Assembly (NCBI GenBank): GCA_047285535.1
Contig: JBJBDC010000001.1
Coordinates: 1,056,136-1,120,135, forward strand
DNA length: 64,000 nt
Direction: 5' to 3'
DNA from: Synechococcus sp.
GTDB lineage: Bacteria; Cyanobacteriota; Cyanobacteriia; PCC-6307; Cyanobiaceae
Both the position numbers and the translations under genes were made by a program. This document shows positions 19,801 to 29,306 of this stretch, piece by piece (the first letter of the stretch is position 1; every line of letters begins with the position of its first letter). The notes beneath the pieces are model-generated. The model was not told where the DNA came from. It saw only the letters and a program-made list of their open reading frames with translations, and made no database searches.

Positions 19801-20877
19801 TCAACCGATGGCAGGTGCCTGAAGAGCCACAGGTGTGGACTCAGCAGCTGCGAGGTCGAGGGGGAAGTTGTGAGCATTGCGCTCGTGCATCACTTCCATG
19901 CCGAGGCCGGCACGGTTCACCATGTCAGCCCAGGTGTTCAGGACGCGGCCCTGACTGTCAAGGATGGACTGGTTGAAGTTGAAGCCGTTCAGGTTGAAGG
20001 CCATGGTTGACACGCCCATGGACGTAAACCAGATGCCGACCACAGGCCATGCTCCAAGGAAGAAGTGAAGGCTGCGGCTGTTGTTGAAGGAGGCGTATTG
20101 GAAGATCAGACGACCGAAGTAACCGTGGGCAGCCACGATGTTGTAGGTCTCTTCTTCTTGACCGAACTTGTAGCCATAGTTCTGGGACTCGGTCTCGGTT
20201 GTTTCACGAACCAAGGAAGAGGTCACCAGTGAACCATGCATGGCGGAGAACAGTGAACCACCGAAGACACCAGCCACACCAAGCATGTGGAAGGGGTGCA
20301 TCAGGATGTTGTGCTCAGCCTGGAACACCAACATGAAGTTGAAGGTGCCCGAGATGCCCAGGGGCATGCCATCGGAGAAGGAGCCCTGACCGAAGGGGTA
20401 AACAAGGAAGACAGCGAAGGCAGCAGACAGCGGAGCGCTGTAAGCAACACAGATCCAAGGGCGCATGCCCAGGCGGTAGGAGAGTTCCCACTGACGACCC
20501 ATGTAGGCAGAAATGCCAATCAGGAAGTGGAACACAACCAATTGATAAGTGCCGCCGTTGTAGAGCCACTCGTCGAGTGAGGCAGCTTCCCAGATGGGAT
20601 AGAAGTGCAAGCCAATGGCGTTGCTGGAAGGAACAACAGCACCGGAGATGATGTTGTTGCCATAAAGGAGTGAGCCAGCCACGGGCTCACGAATGCCGTC
20701 GATATCAACCGGGGGAGCGGCGATGAAAGCGACGATGAAACAGGTGGTAGCGGCAAGCAGTGTGGGAATCATCAACACACCAAACCAGCCCACATAAATG
20801 CGGTTGTTAGTGTCTGTGACCCACTGACAAAAATTTTGCCAGCTGCTTAAGCGACCGCTGCGAACGGCAGTTGCCAT
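19801..20877 (-). CDS. psbA: Photosystem II D1 protein, D1:1 isoform
   Basis: Unambiguous D1 sequence. Gln130 (GRQWELSYR) and Mn-cluster ligands are intact ([23 protein letters not shown]). Confidence 0.99.
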   Translation of the reverse strand: MATAVRSGRLSSWQNFCQWVTDTNNRIYVGWFGVLMIPTLLAATTCFIVAFIAAPPVDIDGIREPVAGSLLYGNNIISGAVVPSSNAIGLHFYPIWEAASLDEWLYNGGTYQLVVFHFLIGISAYMGRQWELSYRLGMRPWICVAYSAPLSAAFAVFLVYPFGQGSFSDGMPLGISGTFNFMLVFQAEHNILMHPFHMLGVAGVFGGSLFSAMHGSLVTSSLVRETTETESQNYGYKFGQEEETYNIVAAHGYFGRLIFQYASFNNSRSLHFFLGAWPVVGIWFTSMGVSTMAFNLNGFNFNQSILDSQGRVLNTWADMVNRAGLGMEVMHERNAHNFPLDLAAAESTPVALQAPAIG

Positions 20878-21038
20878 GAGAAAAAAATAAAACGGGATCG
20901 ATCAAAAATCCACAAAAGGGGACCCATGATCAGATTTAATGCTATGGAAAGATGCGGATAATTCATCGAAACCGAAAGGCTCTTATTATTTCGACAACAT
21001 TGTTCATGACAACTTCATAAACAGTTCATGAAGTTGTA

Positions 21039-22394
21039 TTAAGTGCTCGCGTATTTCTCGGTCTTGAGCCATTTCCTGGCTTGATCGACAAAACAGGCCA
21101 GGTCCACTTTCTCCTGCTCTGCCGCCTTCGCAACCAAAAGAGGGGCCTGGCGCTTGAGATCCTCAAGATCAGGCTCCGCAACTCCCGCATTCAATGCCAT
21201 CCAATCAGCCATCGACACACCCACAACCCTGGTGAGGTAGGCCGCACTGAGTCCCTGCAACAGCCCAGCAGCCAACCATGTCCCTCCCTCAAGCTTGGCC
21301 ATTCCGAGCAGCGCCTGTCCGCTCCACTCAACAACCCCCTGACCCAGAGCGGCTGTTCCTAACTGCCGGGCGACCATCTGCAGCACCTCGACATTCCAAG
21401 AACATCCCCAGATCTGAGCCATCTCTTTCACCATCAATCCATTCACGGCAGCGACTGCGAGGAGATCAACGCTTGGAACAGGGGAAGCAATCACAACACT
21501 GGCCACAATCCACTGACTTTTCTGCAGCAGAGAGCGAAATCGTTCCCGACGTAATTGCTCTAGCTCCGTTTGCCAGCGCCGATGAAGCGATGACAACAAG
21601 CGCTGCCTTGTGATTTCACGGGTCCTAGAAGGCTGTGAAAAGTGACGACGTACAGGAAGCAAACTGCGTCTTAAATCAGCTGACTCTCCGTTCCAGCACA
21701 ACAAACGATCCGACCAAGGATTGGGTAACTGACACCTCAGAGCCTCCCGTTGCTCCTCGGAAGAACGCTCAAACGAATTTTCGATGAGCAACCACGCAGG
21801 TCGATCAGCTGGCAATTGTTCCAGTCTCAGAAGATCAGCTGCCCTCAACGGCAGCGGTAGTCCATACAAAATCACATCAAGTTGATCGAGCTCTTGAGGC
21901 CAGCTCCAACCATCAGCAACCACCGCAAGGGGCTTTGCAATGCAGAGCTCGAGTGGATTTGCACCAGCCAAAGCCGACTTGAGTAATGAAGCACCTGGAT
22001 GCGTGGCACCTTCACTGATGACCACGCCCACACTGAGAGGTGCATGCTGAGCTTTGAGATGATCAAGCTCCTGTTCACGGGGCAAACGCAACCCCTCTAA
22101 GCCCAAAGCGTGCTCAAGCTCAGTGAACTGCCCAAGAACCGTTTCACAAAGCTGGATCCATCCAGTCGTGGACGCTGGCTCTGAAAATTGGGCGGGCGTC
22201 GCGGGACGGGAAAGCCACCAGAGGCCTGCCCCTATTGCAAGAAGACCAGCACCTCCACCAGGGATATGGATGAGGTCAGTAAAAAGCCAGCCTCCCAAAG
22301 CCAAGGTTCCTCCTGCCAAAGCAAGTTTCCCTGCAATGGATGGAATCAGCTTGCTGGTGCTGATGGATGGCAAGAGATCAGCCAAACGACTCAT
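21039..22394 (-). CDS. YcjF/DUF697 family protein
   Basis: N-terminal TMs, degenerate GTPase-like middle, SPVPSVDLLA..NGLM..EMA.IW, SAAYLTRVVG. Confidence 0.8.
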   Translation of the reverse strand: MSRLADLLPSISTSKLIPSIAGKLALAGGTLALGGWLFTDLIHIPGGGAGLLAIGAGLWWLSRPATPAQFSEPASTTGWIQLCETVLGQFTELEHALGLEGLRLPREQELDHLKAQHAPLSVGVVISEGATHPGASLLKSALAGANPLELCIAKPLAVVADGWSWPQELDQLDVILYGLPLPLRAADLLRLEQLPADRPAWLLIENSFERSSEEQREALRCQLPNPWSDRLLCWNGESADLRRSLLPVRRHFSQPSRTREITRQRLLSSLHRRWQTELEQLRRERFRSLLQKSQWIVASVVIASPVPSVDLLAVAAVNGLMVKEMAQIWGCSWNVEVLQMVARQLGTAALGQGVVEWSGQALLGMAKLEGGTWLAAGLLQGLSAAYLTRVVGVSMADWMALNAGVAEPDLEDLKRQAPLLVAKAAEQEKVDLACFVDQARKWLKTEKYAST

Positions 22395-22466
22395 CAAATT
22401 GTGCTTCCTTAGCTCAATCTGTCTAGTTAGGACCAAAGATTGTGCACGCGTTAAGTCTGGCACCAC

Positions 22467-22692
22467 TCATCCATCACCAACCACCAAGTCTTGAAACAAG
22501 CCCAAACTCGTCCACAAAAGGGCAAAAGGGCGTTGTTCGTGACCATCAAGAATGAACATGAGCACAGCCTTGAACGCAAACTGTTGACCAATTTGACCAG
22601 CGCATCAAAAGCCTCTATCGCGGACTCAAGGGATAGCAAGGCAGTTTTCTGATCAACCTGATCGGTCTCAACAGTTCAGGCTCAGCTGGCAT
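22467..22692 (-). pseudogene. Possible frameshifted remnant of a small conserved protein
   Basis: Protein-like segments in successive frames: MPAEPELLRPI..KLPCYPL / SAIEAFDAL..LRSRLC / MFILDG..GLFQDLV. Confidence 0.3.
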
Positions 22693-22765
22693 GAGAGAAC
22701 GATTGAGCCAGCACCTGTGAGGCTCTTTTTGTTGACTTGGATTGTGTTTGCCATTCGCTTCCTAA

Positions 22766-22951
22766 CTAGAGCCCACAACCAGGATTTTCATCACAGAAAG
22801 AAAGAATGCATTCACGAAGGAACTGCACCCGCAGCTTTCGGGAGTGTTCGGTTGGCATGAAGATCCCCAGAGCAGCTTCCAATGACCCACGATCCTTGAT
22901 GTCAGTTTCACTGCGCTGGATAGCCATGACCTTGAGCTGATCAAAGCGCAT
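22766..22951 (-). CDS. Small hypothetical protein
   Basis: 61-aa ATG ORF with protein-like composition, ending FCDENPGCGL. Confidence 0.55.
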   Translation of the reverse strand: MRFDQLKVMAIQRSETDIKDRGSLEAALGIFMPTEHSRKLRVQFLRECILSFCDENPGCGL

Positions 22952-23165
22952 TCAATGATTGAGCTGATGAATGATTGAGCTGGTTGAAGTGTGACTGAGA
23001 TTCAGATCCGAACCAATCGTCAACACCCCTCCTCTCGAGCAAAAGGACGATGCCAAACCTTCAATCACTTTCTGTAAAGCACACGAATAAAAAGGGATAT
23101 CAAGAAAAACAGCAATTTGTGTTCGGCGATGCGTCACACTTGCGCCTAATTCCAGGCCTCGGGCC

Positions 23166-23666
23166 ATGACTGATTCCAACAGCGATTCCCGTCAACAGGG
23201 CAGACAAGGAGAGGGCGGCAGGGGTTCCCGTGGCAGCCGCAATTCCGGAAACAGGGAGGGTGGCGGCTTCCGAATCCGACTCAGTGACAACGAAATGAGA
23301 GCAGTCAGGTCCCTTCAAGAGGCCTTCAACCTGCGCTCAACCGTTGCTGTCCTTGGTTTTGCCGTCCGCACTCTTGCTCAGATGCTGGAGGACGGTCAAC
23401 TGAGTGAGCTAGTGGCCCAGCATCGCTCTCAAGGCAGCGGACGTCGATTCAATGCCGGTCGGGGAGAAGCCAACCGCTTAGATCTGAATCGGGGGCCACG
23501 ACCTGATCCATTTGCCAGGCCAGCCAAACCCCAACCGCCAACCCCTGAGCCTGAGGTGCTACCTCAACTCGATGCTGTCGCTGAACAAGAACAGCAACCA
23601 GTTGTTGGCATGAGCGAGATGGCTGGTTCTCAAGCGACCGAACAAAACGCTGAGACAGGAGCTTGA
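23166..23666 (+). CDS. Conserved hypothetical protein upstream of trpS
   Basis: GGFRIRLSDNEMRA..LQEAFNLRSTVAVLGFA core with disordered flanks. Confidence 0.8.
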   Translation: MTDSNSDSRQQGRQGEGGRGSRGSRNSGNREGGGFRIRLSDNEMRAVRSLQEAFNLRSTVAVLGFAVRTLAQMLEDGQLSELVAQHRSQGSGRRFNAGRGEANRLDLNRGPRPDPFARPAKPQPPTPEPEVLPQLDAVAEQEQQPVVGMSEMAGSQATEQNAETGA

Positions 23667-23669
23667 TCA

Positions 23670-24683
23670 ATGGGGCGGCCGAGGGTTCTCTCCGGCGTTC
23701 AACCAACCGGCGCTCTGCACTTGGGCAATTGGTTGGGCGCCATTCGCAACTGGGTAGATCTGCAGCACAATCACGACACTTTTTTTTGTGTTGTTGATCT
23801 CCATGCCATTACCGTTCCGCACCAACCCGATCGCTTAGCAAAAAACACTCTCAGCACGGCTGCCCTTTATCTGGCTTGCGGACTCGATCCAGACCTCTCA
23901 ACGGTGTTTGTACAGAGCCAAGTCAGAGCTCACAGCGAGCTTTGCTGGCTGCTCAACTGCGTCACCCCCCTGAACTGGCTTGAGCGGATGATTCAGTTCA
24001 AAGAGAAAGCTTTGAAGCAAGGCGACAACGTGTCGGTGGGACTTCTGGACTACCCCGTGCTGATGGCCGCCGACATCCTCCTCTATGACGCCGATCTCGT
24101 TCCCGTTGGAGAAGACCAAAAACAACATTTGGAGTTGGCACGTGACATCGCCCAACAACGGGTCAACGCTCGCTTCGGATCAGAGGAAAGCCCACTACTT
24201 CAGGTTCCAAAGCCATTAATCATGCGAGAGGGAGCAAGGGTGATGAGCCTCACCAATGGTCAGAACAAGATGAGCAAAAGTGATCCAAACGACAACAGTC
24301 GCATCACTCTCCTCGATTCCCCTGAGGTGATCACCAAGAAGATCAAAAGGGCAAAGACCGATCCTCAAATGGGTTTGGAGTTTGACAATCCAGAACGACC
24401 AGAAACAGACAACCTGCTGAGCCTCTATGCCCTTCTCAGCGGCAAGGGACGATCAAAGGCCTTTGAAGAGTGCTCAGAGATGGGATGGGGTCGATTCAAG
24501 CCTTTGTTAACAGAGGCCACTGTGAATGCTCTGGAGCCGATCCAACGCCGATACAACGAGCTGATGGATGACCGCGCCGAGCTTGAGAGCGTGCTGAAAC
24601 AAGGCCAGGATCGCGCTGAAAGCGTGGCAACAGCAACAGTGGACCGCGTGCGCAACGCGATGGGATTCCTGAGAATGACCTAA
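23670..24683 (+). CDS. trpS: Tryptophan--tRNA ligase
   Basis: SGVQPTG.LHLGN, VPVGEDQKQH, KMSKS. Confidence 0.98.
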   Translation: MGRPRVLSGVQPTGALHLGNWLGAIRNWVDLQHNHDTFFCVVDLHAITVPHQPDRLAKNTLSTAALYLACGLDPDLSTVFVQSQVRAHSELCWLLNCVTPLNWLERMIQFKEKALKQGDNVSVGLLDYPVLMAADILLYDADLVPVGEDQKQHLELARDIAQQRVNARFGSEESPLLQVPKPLIMREGARVMSLTNGQNKMSKSDPNDNSRITLLDSPEVITKKIKRAKTDPQMGLEFDNPERPETDNLLSLYALLSGKGRSKAFEECSEMGWGRFKPLLTEATVNALEPIQRRYNELMDDRAELESVLKQGQDRAESVATATVDRVRNAMGFLRMT

Positions 24684-24900
24684 TCAATCAGGCCAACTTT
24701 GAAAAGTTTGTCTAATCACAAAATCCCTTGAAGAGGGCTTGACGTCATACCCCAATGACGTCAAGAGAGCTCGCCAAGGCAATGCGTCTCGCGAGTCTTG
24801 AACAGGGATTAAATTAAGTGTTTCTGCTCATGCACAATTCATAGGCACACGTCAAGGCCGGTAGGAGAAGACTCGCCAAAACCCTCTACTACTGACGAAG

Positions 24901-25605
24901 GTGGAGTCCACCTCTACGGAATTCCACCTTTTGTTGAGCCCCTTCACCAAGCTGCATAACACCGTCTTACCAGTCTTCAGACAAGCCAGTGGTGTCAGTG
25001 CTGTAAGCCTGGGGCTGTTTTTCGCTCTTGGCCACAGCCTTCATGCCGAACGCTCTACCGAAAAACTTGAACAAGCAGCCAGGGTGGCCTCAGCCCTGAA
25101 AAAAGACGTCGACACCGATCAAAAAGCTACCCCCTACAAGATCACTCCAGAACGACGTGCATTGCTAAACACCATTCGTTATGCGGAAGGAACTTGGAAA
25201 GACGGTCATGATCTTGGTTACCGGATTCTCTACGGAGGAGGTCAGTTTGATGATCTCTCAAAGCATCCAGAGAAGGTCATCGTTAAGCGATATACAAGTG
25301 CTGCAGCCGGCGCCTATCAATTTTTGCCGACGACCTGGAGAGAAGTGTCTAGCAGTTTGAATTTACCCAATTTCTCTCCAAAGCATCAGGACCAAGCCGC
25401 TCTTCATCTGGTTAAAAGACGAGGCGCACTAAACGAAGTTGATCAAAAAGGCCTTACTGAAAAAGCCATGAATAGTTTGGCGCCTGAATGGGCATCATTT
25501 CCAACCCACGCTGGGAAAAGTGCGTATGGACAGCCCGTGAAGAGCCATGCTGAGCTAGCCAGATTTTATTCCAAGAATCTTCAGGAGCTCCGTCAGGGCG
25601 CTTGA
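24901..25605 (+). CDS. Lambda-type lysozyme/muramidase (GH24/GH104)
   Basis: RALLNTIRYAEGT, SAAAGAYQF, FSP..QD.AA, EWASFP...YGQP. Start uncertain. Confidence 0.9.
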   Translation: MESTSTEFHLLLSPFTKLHNTVLPVFRQASGVSAVSLGLFFALGHSLHAERSTEKLEQAARVASALKKDVDTDQKATPYKITPERRALLNTIRYAEGTWKDGHDLGYRILYGGGQFDDLSKHPEKVIVKRYTSAAAGAYQFLPTTWREVSSSLNLPNFSPKHQDQAALHLVKRRGALNEVDQKGLTEKAMNSLAPEWASFPTHAGKSAYGQPVKSHAELARFYSKNLQELRQGA

Positions 25606-25918
25606 TGTGAATCCTGGGCATTCGCCTTCAAGATATGAGCGGCGAGATTCCAGACCTCTATGCCCAGATGATTCCCTCGAGCAAACATATCCATCGAATT
25701 TGTCATTGCTGCAGGTGTCTGCTTCACCAGAGATCTAGGGGAAGCGATAGCTCTGCGGCTCTCATCTCTGCGAAAGGCCATCGCCTAAAGGTTCTCCACT
25801 CCCAATACCGAATCGGGGCAAACTTTTAACGATCCTGGCCATCAGGAACCAAAAGGCTGAAATCGTGAAAGAAAAAATCCAACAACGATTTGAGGAGTGC
25901 TTCAGCCTCTTCATTCAT
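25593..25918 (-). pseudogene. DUF2605 family pseudogene
   Basis: MNEEAEALLKSLLD...DF, then a frameshift, then CPDSVL...*AMAFR.DE.RRAIA..RSL...TP.AM..SMD....EVWNLAAHI. TAG at 25785-25787. Confidence 0.7.
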
Positions 25919-25943
25919 GGTGAATTAAACGCACACCAATAGG

Positions 25944-27782
25944 ATGGCGGGCCCTGAACAGGAAATGGTGAGCAGAGACGCAGCAACCACATCAGCACAA
26001 TCCCCGCAGGTGGTTCTGCCCAAGACCAGCGACAGCGAGACGCTGCTGAAAATTCGACACTCCATGAGTCATGTCATGGCCATGGCGGTTCAGAAGCTAT
26101 TTCCAGCAGCCCAGGTGACCATCGGACCCTGGACCGAATCAGGCTTTTATTACGACTTCGACAACCCAGAACCCTTCACGGAAGCCGACCTCAAGGCCAT
26201 CAAGAAGGAAATGGGAAAAATTATTGGCCGCAAACTCCCCTTGGAGCGCATTGAAGTGAGTCGCGCAGAAGCAGAACGACGAATCAAGGCCCAAAACGAG
26301 CCCTACAAATTAGAAATTCTCGAGAGGTTGGTCGAGCCAATCACTCTTTACACCCTGGGCGAGCAATGGTGGGACCTGTGTGCAGGCCCTCATGTGACCA
26401 ACACCAGTGAGCTCAATCCGAAGGCCTTTGAACTCGAAAGTGTGGCCGGTGCTTATTGGCGTGGTGACGAAACAAAAGCACAACTTCAAAGGATCTACGG
26501 CACCGCTTGGGAGACTGCAGACCAACTTGCAGAGCACAGGAGGCGCAAGGAAGAAGCACTGCGTCGTGATCATCGGCGCCTAGGGAAAGATCTCGATCTG
26601 TTCTCCATCGAGGACGAGGCTGGCGCAGGACTTGTGTTCTGGCATCCCCGAGGTGCGCGCATGCGTCTTTTAATTGAAGACTTTTGGCGCCAAGCCCATT
26701 TTGAGGGGGGGTACGAACTCCTCTACACCCCTCACGTTGCGGACATCAGCCTTTGGAAAACCTCAGGACATCTTGATTTTTATGCGGAGAGCATGTTTGG
26801 ACCAATGGAGGTGGATGAGAGGGAATATCAGCTCAAGCCGATGAACTGCCCGTTCCACGTCTTGACCTACGCCAGCAAACTTCGCAGCTATCGGGAATTA
26901 CCGATCCGATGGGCAGAGCTCGGTACCGTTTATCGCTATGAACGCCCTGGAGTGATGCATGGACTGATGAGAGTGCGAGGCTTCACTCAAGACGATGCTC
27001 ATGTGTTCTGCCTGCCCGAACAAATCAGTGATGAGATCTTACGCATCCTTGACTTAACAGAACGAATACTGTCGAGATTTGATTTCAGCAATTACGAAAT
27101 CAATCTTTCAACAAAACCTGAAAAAGCCATCGGGAATAACGCAGTTTGGGAACTCGCAACCAAAGGACTGATTGAAGCTCTTGAACGAAAGGGATGGAGC
27201 TACAAAATTGACGAGGGAGGAGGAGCATTTTATGGACCAAAAATCGATCTCAAGATTGAGGATGCAATTGGTCGAATGTGGCAATGTTCAACTATCCAAC
27301 TCGATTTCAATCTACCTGAGCGATTCAAGCTCGATTACATAGCTGCTAACGGGAACAAAGAGAGACCGATCATGATTCACCGAGCCATTTTTGGGTCTCT
27401 CGAACGATTTTTCGGAATTATGACCGAAAACTACGCAGGAGATTTTCCCTTTTGGCTGGCCCCAGAACAAATTCGATTACTGCCTGTGACTGACGAGGTG
27501 ATGGGCTATGCGGAAGATCTACTAAGCAAGCTAAAAGCTGCTGGAATCCGCTCCAGCATTGATCGCAGCGGCGACCGACTCGGAAAACTCATCCGCACCG
27601 GAGAGCAAATAAAAATTCCTGTACTCGCTGTCATTGGAACCAAAGAAGCTGAAAAAGGCACCGCAAGCCTGCGCAGCCGTCGAGATGGTGATCTAGGCAC
27701 TGTGACGTCAGAACGCCTAATCAGCACAGCGCAATCGGCAAATGAAGAGCGATTGGCCTCTCTTTGTTTCTCCACACAGTAA
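25944..27782 (+). CDS. thrS: Threonine--tRNA ligase
   Basis: RHSMSHVMA, DLCAGPH, RDHRRLG, KPMNCPFH, FYGPKID, MIHRAIFGSLERF. Confidence 0.98.
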   Translation: MAGPEQEMVSRDAATTSAQSPQVVLPKTSDSETLLKIRHSMSHVMAMAVQKLFPAAQVTIGPWTESGFYYDFDNPEPFTEADLKAIKKEMGKIIGRKLPLERIEVSRAEAERRIKAQNEPYKLEILERLVEPITLYTLGEQWWDLCAGPHVTNTSELNPKAFELESVAGAYWRGDETKAQLQRIYGTAWETADQLAEHRRRKEEALRRDHRRLGKDLDLFSIEDEAGAGLVFWHPRGARMRLLIEDFWRQAHFEGGYELLYTPHVADISLWKTSGHLDFYAESMFGPMEVDEREYQLKPMNCPFHVLTYASKLRSYRELPIRWAELGTVYRYERPGVMHGLMRVRGFTQDDAHVFCLPEQISDEILRILDLTERILSRFDFSNYEINLSTKPEKAIGNNAVWELATKGLIEALERKGWSYKIDEGGGAFYGPKIDLKIEDAIGRMWQCSTIQLDFNLPERFKLDYIAANGNKERPIMIHRAIFGSLERFFGIMTENYAGDFPFWLAPEQIRLLPVTDEVMGYAEDLLSKLKAAGIRSSIDRSGDRLGKLIRTGEQIKIPVLAVIGTKEAEKGTASLRSRRDGDLGTVTSERLISTAQSANEERLASLCFSTQ

Positions 27783-27793
27783 GAGCATTTTTC

Positions 27794-28189
27794 ATGAGCC
27801 ATCCTCCCATTCAATCTCTTTCAAATCTCAATCGATTGCGCACTGCACCCTCACTCACATTGAGCGAGAAGAATCTTCTAAAAAGCGAACTTATTCTTGA
27901 GATGGCTAACTACTCGTGGTTCACCATTGGGGTGATGGCATCTTCAAATGTTTTAGCCCTTCAGTCCTACAGAGAACTGGAAGTTAGCCAGGGGTGGGAG
28001 ACACTTCCCCTTGCAGCCACGACAGAAGACAGCGGTCCTGTCTATCTCAAGGCAAACCAAAAGACCCGTTCAGTCCGTATCAGAATTGAACACGGCCTGG
28101 GATCTGGAATTTTAATTAGTGGCCACGGGCAAAATGATGAGCAGGCCGTCACGATTTGGGGGCCACTACCCCTTGACTTCTTTGCCTGA
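27794..28189 (+). CDS. DUF1824 family protein
   Basis: WFTIGVMA, GPVYLKANQ, GILIS, WGPLPLDFF. Confidence 0.85.
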   Translation: MSHPPIQSLSNLNRLRTAPSLTLSEKNLLKSELILEMANYSWFTIGVMASSNVLALQSYRELEVSQGWETLPLAATTEDSGPVYLKANQKTRSVRIRIEHGLGSGILISGHGQNDEQAVTIWGPLPLDFFA

Positions 28190-28245
28190 ATACAATTTGT
28201 TGCCGGCCGCATGAGTTATTCGCAGGCTGTAACAAGCCTCTCGGG

Positions 28246-29292
28246 ATGTCTCTTATGGCCACCTCTACTCTTCTTGCTGGAGATATGGGAGGGACCAAAA
28301 CCCTTCTTGCTCTATTTGGTTTTGAAGGTGGGCAACTCACTAAGCTCCATCACCAACGCTTCATTTCCAAGGAATGGACATCGCTTAACCCAATGCTGGA
28401 GGCTTTTCTGAACAACAGGCCAAGCGATCTCCTAGCACCCAAACATGGTTGTCTTGCAGTCGCGGGTCCGGTGCGAAACGGCAGGGCTCAGATCACGAAC
28501 CTGCCTTGGCAACTCAAAGAAAAACAATTAGCGACCGACGCCTCTTTATCGCAACTCGAACTGGTCAACGACTTTGGCGTTTTGATTTATGGATTGCCCC
28601 ACTTCCAGGAAAAACAACAAGTTGTCCTACAAGATGGAACCCAAGATGAAGGCCCCCTGGCAATCCTTGGCGCAGGAACTGGCTTAGGAATGGCCCGTGG
28701 AATACATTCCAGCAATGGCCTCATTGCTCTGACGAGTGAGGGGGGGCATCGAGAATTTGCTCCTCGCACTGAGGAAGAGTGGGAACTGGCCTGCTGGCTG
28801 AAAGACACTCTCAACCTGAAGCGCTTATCGATTGAACGCGTGGTGAGCGGTACCGGACTTGGGCACATCGCGCATTGGCTTCTTCAAAAGCCCGAAGCAG
28901 AGCAACACCCCTTGCTCCCTATCTCAAAACGATGGAAGAAAGACAATTGTTGCGATTTACCTGCCCAGGCAAGCCTTGCCGCAGAAGAAGGAGATCCCTT
29001 AATGATGAAGGCAAGGCAAATCTGGCTGTCCGCTTACGGGTCAGCAGCAGGCGATCTAGCTCTGCAGGAGCTCTGCACAGGCGGACTTTGGATTGGTGGC
29101 GGGACTGCATCCAAACAACTGACTGGACTTCAGTCAGCAACGTTTCTCAATGCAATGCGGCAAAAAGGTCGATTTAACAACCTGATCAGCGAGCTCAGAG
29201 TGACAGCCGTCATCGACCCTGAGGCAGGCCTTTTTAGTGCAGCCTGTCGAGCCAGGACCCTGGCTGAGTCGAGTAGTGGGACACTGTCTTAA
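28246..29292 (+). CDS. glk: Glucokinase
   Basis: LAGDMGGTKT, AVAGPV, LVNDF, GAGTGLG, SEGGH, ERVVSGTG. Confidence 0.95.
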   Translation: MSLMATSTLLAGDMGGTKTLLALFGFEGGQLTKLHHQRFISKEWTSLNPMLEAFLNNRPSDLLAPKHGCLAVAGPVRNGRAQITNLPWQLKEKQLATDASLSQLELVNDFGVLIYGLPHFQEKQQVVLQDGTQDEGPLAILGAGTGLGMARGIHSSNGLIALTSEGGHREFAPRTEEEWELACWLKDTLNLKRLSIERVVSGTGLGHIAHWLLQKPEAEQHPLLPISKRWKKDNCCDLPAQASLAAEEGDPLMMKARQIWLSAYGSAAGDLALQELCTGGLWIGGGTASKQLTGLQSATFLNAMRQKGRFNNLISELRVTAVIDPEAGLFSAACRARTLAESSSGTLS

Positions 29293-29306
29293 GTAGAGAT
29301 GTTGGG

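Noticed and set aside
22451..22951. Doc/Fic toxin remnant (IKDRGSLEAAL) or CP12-like tail (FCDENP)
   Set aside because: No HPFxDGNxR Fic motif and no CP12 AWD..EE or EC..YD motifs. The similarity is too short.
24901..25605. Prophage suggested by the lambda-type lysozyme
   Set aside because: Flanked by trpS and thrS, with no holin, integrase or structural genes.
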